Origin: Patescibacteria group bacterium
GTDB lineage: Bacteria > Patescibacteriota > Patescibacteriia > 2-01-FULL-39-33
Direction of reading: 5' to 3'
Length of the DNA stretch: 64,000 nt
NCBI GenBank assembly: GCA_041662745.1
Contig: JBAZRV010000002.1
Location: 85,785-149,784 of the forward strand
Part shown: positions 57,522-64,000 of the stretch, piece by piece
How positions within the stretch are numbered: position 1 is the stretch's first letter
How the letters are laid out: every line of letters begins with the position of its first letter
Position numbers and translations under genes: made by a program
The notes under the pieces: model-generated
What the model was told of the DNA's origin: nothing
The model's input: the letters and a program-made list of their open reading frames with translations, nothing else
The model's database searches: none

Positions 57522-58949
57522 TTAGGCTTTTTTAATCATAATTCTAACGAAAATCCTAAATCCTTCAAACATTGTTTTTAAGGAATCAAAAGAGTTTATT
57601 TGTTTAAGCTTCCGCCAAACATAGATCGGCCGCAAATAGAATTCGCGGAAACCTCTTTTCTGCCAATAAACCAATTCTTCCGCCGTTAAGTTTTTTTGCA
57701 CCAGTAGCGGCGACGTGTTAGTAAGGGGAGCGAAGGCTTCCCAGGGCGTATCGGAAGCGATAAAGCCTTCATCTTTGGCGTAGTAATACAGATCTGAGCC
57801 AGGCACCGGGCAGGTGATAAAAAAGGTCGCATTATCTAAATCCAGGCTTTTGGCGAAATTGATCGTCTCTTTAATGGTTTCTATCGTCTCGCCGATGTTA
57901 CCCAGCATGAAACTGGCATGAGCCAATATATTGTGGTGTCTTAAGATCGCCACTGCTTGCCGCCCCTTGTCCGTGGTGGTTTGCTTGCGCATAATGTCTA
58001 ATATTTTCTGCGAGCCGGATTCTAGTCCTAAGGAAATTTTCTTACAGCCGGCCTTTGACATGATGGAGGCTAATTCATCGTCGATGGTATCGGCTCGGGA
58101 AAAACAGATCCAAGCAATCGGCAGTTTTTTGTCTATGATTTTTTGGCAGACTTCAATCGCTCTTTTTTTGTTTAAAGTGAAATTATCGTCCAAAATGCTG
58201 AATTCTTTGATATTGTATTTATTGATGCATTCTTCAATTTCAGCCAGCAAATTGTTAGCGCTGCGATAGCGTAAACGGCGATTCCAAATGCTTTTGGAAA
58301 CACAATGGATACAGTTGTGGGCGCAGCCGCGGCTGGTTTGGATCGGTGAGCATTGCTCCTCAGTCAATTTTTTAGTTGGGGCGGAACGGTAAAGTTTTAA
58401 ATCAAATAAATCGCGGGCTGGAAAAGGGATTTCATCAAGATTTTCAATCATTGGCCGTGGCAGATTGCCTATAATTTTGCCGTCGCGCTTAAAATACAAG
58501 CCGGAAATATTTTCCCAATCCGTCCGTTTGTCTTTGACGGCTTGGACCAATTCAGAAAAAGTCACTTCGCCTTCCCCAATGACAGCAAAATCTACGAATG
58601 GGTTGGTTAAAACTTCAATTGGCAGAATCGTCGGATGAGTGCCGCCTAGTATGGTGACGCAATCCAGTTTTAATTCATCTTTAATGATTTGGCAAATTTT
58701 AAAAACGTGATTGACGGTTGGCGACAGACAAGTAAAGCCGACGACGTCGGGCCGCTCATGCGCAAAATAATCCTTTATTTCCTTATAGCCGATGCCTAAG
58801 GCTTCAGTATCTAATATTTTAATTTCGCAATCAACCTTATTGCGCAAATAACCAGCTAAGTAAGCCAGATTAAAAGGCATTGCATGGCCGCCGGATTCTT
58901 TCATGCCTTCAAAGTTTATGTAGGGCGGATTTACCAAGATAACTTTCAT
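57522..58949 (-). CDS. B12-binding domain radical SAM protein (class B)
   Basis: QTSRGCAHNCIHCVSK; B12-binding N-terminal domain. Confidence 0.8.
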   Translation of the reverse strand: MKVILVNPPYINFEGMKESGGHAMPFNLAYLAGYLRNKVDCEIKILDTEALGIGYKEIKDYFAHERPDVVGFTCLSPTVNHVFKICQIIKDELKLDCVTILGGTHPTILPIEVLTNPFVDFAVIGEGEVTFSELVQAVKDKRTDWENISGLYFKRDGKIIGNLPRPMIENLDEIPFPARDLFDLKLYRSAPTKKLTEEQCSPIQTSRGCAHNCIHCVSKSIWNRRLRYRSANNLLAEIEECINKYNIKEFSILDDNFTLNKKRAIEVCQKIIDKKLPIAWICFSRADTIDDELASIMSKAGCKKISLGLESGSQKILDIMRKQTTTDKGRQAVAILRHHNILAHASFMLGNIGETIETIKETINFAKSLDLDNATFFITCPVPGSDLYYYAKDEGFIASDTPWEAFAPLTNTSPLLVQKNLTAEELVYWQKRGFREFYLRPIYVWRKLKQINSFDSLKTMFEGFRIFVRIMIKKA

Positions 58950-58961
58950 AATTATATTTTA

Positions 58962-60389
58962 TTATATTTTGAGCAGTTTCAGACCCGCTTTAAAATTATT
59001 TTTTAAATTATTCCAGTTTCTTATTTCTTTTAATCTTCGCCAGATATAGCGGGGAGCTAAGTAATATGAACGATAAGCTTGAATTAATGTTTTAAATAAC
59101 TGTTCGCGAGTAAAATTTTCTTCCCAGGCCGGTGGATGAAAATCTGCCTGAGGATGTTTAGAAAATTCACGCCAATAATCCTGTTTGATAATGCCTTCTT
59201 TTAGGCCTTTTAAATACAAGTCAGTCGCTGGAAAAGGGGTAAGTACGGAAAAGTGCACATAATCAGGAAATAGTTCTTTAGCTAGTTTAATTGTTTCTTT
59301 AATATCATCTTCGGTTTCCGTTGGTGAGCCGATCATGAAATAACCCGCTGTCTCAATGCCGGCTTTTTTGGTTAATGCAAAAGCTTTTTTGATCATCGGA
59401 ATTGTAATGCCTTTTCTTAAAACATTAAGAATTTTTTCGGTGCCGGCTTCTACTCCATAATGGATTCTGGTGCAACCAGCTTTTTCCATTAATATTAGTA
59501 ATTCTTCATCAACCGTATTAACTCGAGCGCGAATATCCCAATTGAGGATTATATTTTTTTCCATTATCAATCGGCAGATGTCTACCACTCTTTGACGATC
59601 AATCGTAAAAGTATCGTCGTAAATAAAAACCTCTTTAATGCCCAGGGCGGCGATCTCGGCCAATTCCTGGACGACATTTTGTGCTGAACGTGCTCGGAAA
59701 ATTTTGCCTAAATGGGGCCGATCGCAAAAGAGACATTGATAAGGACAGCCACGGGAAGTGAACATTGTGGTTGTCGGATTTTTTTGCGCGATGATGGAAT
59801 AGTATTTTTTGTAAGGGGTTAAGGTACGCGCTGGAAATGGCAGATCGTCTAACTGCATAATCAAATCTCGGCAACCGTTATTAATGATATTACTCGCTTG
59901 TCTGAAGACAATACCCTTAATCGTTGGCCATTGTTCCGGTTGTTGGAGATTATTAATTAAATCATAAAAAGGCTGTTCGCCTTCACCCAGGATTAAAAAA
60001 TCAATTTCTGGATTAGCCATCGTTTCTTCCGGGTAAATATTGACATGCGGGCCGCCGAGGACAATGGGAATTTCTGGCTGAGCCGCTTTAATTTTTTTGG
60101 CTGCCATCAAAACATCAATAATCGTGAAAGTCATAGCGGTAATGCCAACGAGTTCTGGTTTTTCTAATTTAATGATTTCTGCTAGCGCATCAAGATTGAT
60201 TTTTTCTACTGGGCAGTCGATAATTTTTACTTCATGGTTAGAATGTTTCAATAGGTAGCCAGCCAGATACATAAGTCCTAGTGGTGGTAAAAAATCCATA
60301 CCCGATTCTAGCTCCTTAGGCATATCGCTTTCTATAATGTGTTGAATGGGGGGATTAATCAAGAGTATTTTCATAGAGGTATTTTTCAA
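58962..60389 (-). CDS. B12-binding domain radical SAM protein (class B)
   Basis: TSRGCPYQCLFCDR; B12-binding N-terminal domain. Confidence 0.8.
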   Translation of the reverse strand: MKNTSMKILLINPPIQHIIESDMPKELESGMDFLPPLGLMYLAGYLLKHSNHEVKIIDCPVEKINLDALAEIIKLEKPELVGITAMTFTIIDVLMAAKKIKAAQPEIPIVLGGPHVNIYPEETMANPEIDFLILGEGEQPFYDLINNLQQPEQWPTIKGIVFRQASNIINNGCRDLIMQLDDLPFPARTLTPYKKYYSIIAQKNPTTTMFTSRGCPYQCLFCDRPHLGKIFRARSAQNVVQELAEIAALGIKEVFIYDDTFTIDRQRVVDICRLIMEKNIILNWDIRARVNTVDEELLILMEKAGCTRIHYGVEAGTEKILNVLRKGITIPMIKKAFALTKKAGIETAGYFMIGSPTETEDDIKETIKLAKELFPDYVHFSVLTPFPATDLYLKGLKEGIIKQDYWREFSKHPQADFHPPAWEENFTREQLFKTLIQAYRSYYLAPRYIWRRLKEIRNWNNLKNNFKAGLKLLKI

Positions 60390-61203
60390 TTGATTGGCAA
60401 TCGTATGAGTTTAATAAATAAATTAATTTTTTCCAACTATTCTTAGTATTGAAAAATTTTATGATTTTTTTTATGATTGGCATTGAAATATCTGGCGGTT
60501 TGGCTAGGAAATCAAAGGGATGAAAATGGATAGTGGTTGCACCTTGAGTGGTCTTTTTTGTTAACATTTTTTTAAAAATTTTCCAAGGTGTAATTCTTAT
60601 GTAGATACCGCCGGTCACTGGCCAATTAAGAAGTGACCCGCTATATACGGCCAAAGGAAACTCGTATAGATGTTTGTTTATTAAATAGGGCAATCGCGGC
60701 GCTTTCTTGATACCGTAGGTGCTGTTTGGAAAAATCAGGGACGTGAGTCTTGGTAATTTTAGCGGAAAAACAGAGGAGTCATATCTTAACTGGTTGTCTT
60801 CAAGCACTTTTATGACCCAATTTTGGTTATCATTAGTTAAAGAAAAATTAACAGCGCGATGACCCAGTACGGCCTTTCCGGTTAAAGAAAGTATTTTTTC
60901 TTTCATGATCTTAATTTCTTGATCAAAGTTTTGATAATTCTTTACCCAAAGTGGGCGATGATCAAAGGAGTGAATGGCAATTTCGTGTCCATGCACAGCG
61001 AGTTTTTTTATCATCGCCGGTTCTTGTTCAATAACTTTCCCAGTGACGAAGAAAGTCGCAGTCGCTTGGTTGGATTTAAGAGCGGCAATCAGTTGATCGA
61101 CAAATTCTTCTAAATGTTCAGTTTCTGATCCATTAAGATGGGGTTGGAGGGATAATGATTCAAACCAGTATTCAAGATCAAAAGTCAGAATGAGTTGTTT
61201 CAT
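60355..61203 (-). CDS. polysaccharide deacetylase-family protein (DUF3473/PEP-CTERM-locus-type sugar deacetylase-like)
   Basis: N-terminal ILTFDLEYWF and HGHEIAIHSFDH motifs. Confidence 0.5.
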   Translation of the reverse strand: MKQLILTFDLEYWFESLSLQPHLNGSETEHLEEFVDQLIAALKSNQATATFFVTGKVIEQEPAMIKKLAVHGHEIAIHSFDHRPLWVKNYQNFDQEIKIMKEKILSLTGKAVLGHRAVNFSLTNDNQNWVIKVLEDNQLRYDSSVFPLKLPRLTSLIFPNSTYGIKKAPRLPYLINKHLYEFPLAVYSGSLLNWPVTGGIYIRITPWKIFKKMLTKKTTQGATTIHFHPFDFLAKPPDISMPIIKKIIKFFNTKNSWKKLIYLLNSYDCQSIEKYLYENTLD

Positions 61204-61215
61204 AAGAGCTTTTCT

Positions 61216-62091
61216 TTAGCGGTAGATTTCTCTTCTTAAGGCGGCAATCTGATCGGCTAAAAGTCCAAAAAAGAAAATAATAATAGCGGATAAGACAACT
61301 AAAATAGTACTTTTGGCGATGTTATTCATAATTAATCCGGCAATTAGCATAATTAATCCGGTTAGCCCCAAAAGCAGGCCGATTGGCAGGAAAAATCTAA
61401 GTGGGGAAAAGAGCATTGTTAGACGCATGACCAGGATTAGGTAAGTAAAAAATTCCCTGGGCTTAACCATGCTTTTGCCACCGCCTCGTTTGTCGATTTG
61501 GATTGGAATAAATTTTACATTAAGCCCTTCTTTTATGAAAGCGAAAAGGGAAGTCGTAGAGCAAGAAAAACCATTAGGTAGAATGTGTGAGAACCTAAGA
61601 AATTCATTTTTTTTGATCAACCTTAAACCGCAATTAAAATCAGAAATTTTTTTGTTTAAAAGGTATATCGCTAACCAATGTATAAGTTTTTTTCCGGGTT
61701 GCCTTAGCCAGGGGCCTTGGTAGCCGACGCGTTCACCGGAAATCAGATCGAAATTATCCATAAAGGGAACCATTTCTTTAATGTATTCCGGGCGATGTTG
61801 GCCGTCTGCATCAAAAAATATTAGCCACTCGGACTGGGCAGTTTTGGCGCCGGTTTTGAGCGCAGCACCATAACCCTTATTGTAGGGTTGAACGATTATT
61901 TTTATATCGGTAATATTTTTTAAAATATCCGAAGTATTGTCAGTTGAAGCATCATTGACGACAATAATCTCGAAATTTAATGACAAATTGTTGATGGAAT
62001 TTTTAAGCCCCTCGATAGTTTTGCCGATCGTCTCCGCCTCATTGTAGGCAGGTATAATGATTGAAAGGGATTTTTCTGATGTTTCTGGCAT
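61216..62091 (-). CDS. GT2 polyprenol-phosphate glycosyltransferase with C-terminal TM helices (GtrB/ArnC-like)
   Basis: LSIIIPAYNEAETI...VVNDASTDNT...FFDADGQH; two C-terminal TM helices. Confidence 0.75.
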   Translation of the reverse strand: MPETSEKSLSIIIPAYNEAETIGKTIEGLKNSINNLSLNFEIIVVNDASTDNTSDILKNITDIKIIVQPYNKGYGAALKTGAKTAQSEWLIFFDADGQHRPEYIKEMVPFMDNFDLISGERVGYQGPWLRQPGKKLIHWLAIYLLNKKISDFNCGLRLIKKNEFLRFSHILPNGFSCSTTSLFAFIKEGLNVKFIPIQIDKRGGGKSMVKPREFFTYLILVMRLTMLFSPLRFFLPIGLLLGLTGLIMLIAGLIMNNIAKSTILVVLSAIIIFFFGLLADQIAALRREIYR

Positions 62092-62099
62092 AATAATTT

Positions 62100-63095
62100 T
62101 TAGGATTTATTAAATTCAACATGCCAACCCATAAAATCAGATTGACTTAGTGAACAATTCTGGCATAGCTTATATTTTTTGCATAAACCATCTTTTCTAA
62201 CTTGTTTTGCTTCGGGGCTGAAGAATTGTTTCAACAATTTCGATCCTTTAATATTAGGCATTTTGACATCGGTATTCACATCAATACAGCAAAGTCCCAG
62301 ATCGCCATTCCAGCAAACAACGGCCTGAGTCAGCGGTACGGTGCAGACGGTTTTTTTGATTTTTGATTTTTTTCGTAAATATTTTTCATTTTTTGGCAGT
62401 AGATACTGGTATTTATCACGCATCTCCAGTGTTGTCACCGAACCCAAGCTTAAGGATTTAAATTGGATGCTGTCAGCCCCAATGGATCGTGCCCAATCCA
62501 GGATTTTAGTATTTTCATTTTCCGAAAACGATGTTAATAGGGATTGAATACAAACGCTCGGATACTGACGATTCAAGTTGCGTTTTATTGTTAAGAAATT
62601 TTCAATATTTTGTTTAACTGTTTCAAAATTAGAGCCAAAACGGTAGGCCTCATGTGATTCTTTAGTGGCGCCATCAAGGCAGAGATGAATTAATTTTAAA
62701 TCCGCCGCTATTATTTTTTTTGATAATTCTTCTGATAGCATCATGGCGTTGGTGCTTAAGAAGGTGTCATGACTATGCTGGCTGGCATAAGCAATAAATT
62801 GATCGATTTGAGGATGAAGCAATGGTTCGCCGGCAAAAATAAAAGTTATTCGCGGCTTATCTTGAAATTCTTTAAATTCGTCAATAATTGATTTATACAT
62901 TTCAAAATCCATAAAACCTCGTTCGCGGTTCATGGCAAAGTTCGTGGGACAGACCGGACAACGCAGATTACAATTATTTGTCACTTCAATCGCAATATCC
63001 TTAGGCGACTTGTCAAAGTTGCTTAATGGATAAAAGTTAGCCATGAGGCCAGCTATATCCCAAAAAAATTGAGATTTTTTAAGCTGTTTTATCAT
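62100..63095 (-). CDS. radical SAM protein with SPASM/twitch-like C-terminal Cys cluster
   Basis: EVTNNCNLRCPVCPT; C-terminal CTVP...CWNGDLGLCCIDVN...CQNCS cysteines. Confidence 0.7.
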   Translation of the reverse strand: MIKQLKKSQFFWDIAGLMANFYPLSNFDKSPKDIAIEVTNNCNLRCPVCPTNFAMNRERGFMDFEMYKSIIDEFKEFQDKPRITFIFAGEPLLHPQIDQFIAYASQHSHDTFLSTNAMMLSEELSKKIIAADLKLIHLCLDGATKESHEAYRFGSNFETVKQNIENFLTIKRNLNRQYPSVCIQSLLTSFSENENTKILDWARSIGADSIQFKSLSLGSVTTLEMRDKYQYLLPKNEKYLRKKSKIKKTVCTVPLTQAVVCWNGDLGLCCIDVNTDVKMPNIKGSKLLKQFFSPEAKQVRKDGLCKKYKLCQNCSLSQSDFMGWHVEFNKS

Positions 63096-63165
63096 AATAA
63101 AATTTTACAAATTAACGATCGCGGTATAAATCATATTTTTTAGCTTTGTTGCGTACTGAAATAAA

Positions 63166-64000
63166 TCACTGTCCTCGGCCGCCAAAAACAACCCCAATCG
63201 TCTTTAAGGTGATGCTTAAATCAAGAAGCAGCGAGCGGTTTTTTATATAATATAAATCATATTTTAGTTTTTCCACAGTTTCCTTTTGTGAACCGCCGTA
63301 AGCCGGACCCAGTAGCTGTGCCCAGCCGGCCAGTCCTGGTTTGACTAAGAGCCGTTCGCTGTAGAATGGTATCTCTTGCGCTAGGGTAGCAGTAAATTCC
63401 GGTCGTTCCGGCCTGGGGCCGATCAGTGACATTTCGCCCCGGAGAATATTAAGCAATTGAGGAATTTCGTCCAACCTGGTTTTTCTCATTATCCGGCCGA
63501 AACGGGTAACGCGCGCGTCATTTTTTGTCGCCCATTGAGCGCCGTTTTTTTCGGCATCCTTGACCATGGAACGGAACTTCATCGCCAAGAACTCCTTGCC
63601 ATTTTTGCCCACCCGGATTTGCCGGAAAATAACTGGTCCAGGGCTTTCTATCTTAATAATTAAAGCGATAAACGGCATTAGTGGGGTAGCAACTATTAAA
63701 CCGGCAATTGCTAGAATAACGTCTATTAGGCGCTTGAAAATCTCATAGGATTTTTTGGAGTTTTCAGTCAGGTTTTCCAAAAACCAGCCCAGCTCAATGG
63801 ATTCTACCGGAACTTTCTGCGCAATGGTCTCGTAAAAATCAGTTAACCGATGCACGTCAATGCCCAGTGACAAGCAGTCAAAAATTTTCTTGGCGGTTGA
63901 GGCATCAGCATGCAGGGTATTATCGGCAGTTAAAATATCAATATTATTATCTATGCAATATTTTTTTAGATCTTCAGGTATCTGGCTGCTTACTTGCGCG
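63166..64000 (-). CDS. polyprenyl-phosphate sugar phosphotransferase (bacterial sugar transferase, WbaP/PglC family), 5'-partial
   Basis: IESPGPVIFRQIRVGKNGKEF...RLDEIPQLLNILRGEMSLIGPRPERPEF signature. The frame stays open from the track's TTG at 63873 up to nt 64000, so the N-terminus lies outside the window. Confidence 0.75.
   Translation of the reverse strand, partial: AQVSSQIPEDLKKYCIDNNIDILTADNTLHADASTAKKIFDCLSLGIDVHRLTDFYETIAQKVPVESIELGWFLENLTENSKKSYEIFKRLIDVILAIAGLIVATPLMPFIALIIKIESPGPVIFRQIRVGKNGKEFLAMKFRSMVKDAEKNGAQWATKNDARVTRFGRIMRKTRLDEIPQLLNILRGEMSLIGPRPERPEFTATLAQEIPFYSERLLVKPGLAGWAQLLGPAYGGSQKETVEKLKYDLYYIKNRSLLLDLSITLKTIGVVFGGRGQ

Noticed and set aside
1-64000. CRISPR arrays, transposases, integrases, phage genes, rRNA
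   Set aside because: None detected on reading. The repeats present are coding low-complexity repeats or the single tandem duplication.

Overview
The 64-kb window looks like a small-genome bacterium with about 40% GC, standard genetic code and short intergenic gaps. Gene content resembles Patescibacteria/CPR-type genomes (an inference from DUF5667-like, O-antigen-ligase/TPR fusion, surface Ig-repeat and radical-SAM-rich glycosylation genes). Left ~27 kb: a 5'-partial surface protein with a (Gly-Glu)11 repeat; the conserved secE-nusG-rplK-rplA block on the minus strand; an excisionase-type HTH gene; two ECF sigma factors, each followed by a putative membrane anti-sigma-like protein; a 1189-aa and a 403-aa secreted protein sharing a ~120-aa module; two paralogous O-antigen-ligase/TPR fusion proteins; a MacAB-like HlyD-ABC efflux operon flanked by paralogous small membrane-anchored proteins; a stand-alone SpoT-type HD (p)ppGpp-hydrolase-like gene; an AT-rich orphan gene next to tRNA-Glu(CUC). 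Right ~36 kb (27.5 kb to the window end): a dense glycoconjugate-biosynthesis supercluster. It holds a 22-gene co-directional array, then a convergent 7-gene array that runs off the window. Contents: about 11 glycosyltransferases (GT4, GT2, GT9, GT39-like), a Wzx-like flippase, an LPG-synthase-TM flippase-like protein, two deacetylases, a priming polyprenyl-phosphate sugar transferase, a short UDP-sugar dehydrogenase-family protein, four class I SAM methyltransferases, six B12-binding (class B) radical SAM enzymes and three SPASM/twitch radical SAM enzymes. One gene fuses a methyltransferase, a GT4 and a B12-radical SAM into a single 1183-aa ORF. A ~97%-identical 183-bp tandem duplication spans the divergent promoter and both gene 5' ends at the head of the cluster. 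No CRISPR array, transposase, integrase or rRNA was seen.
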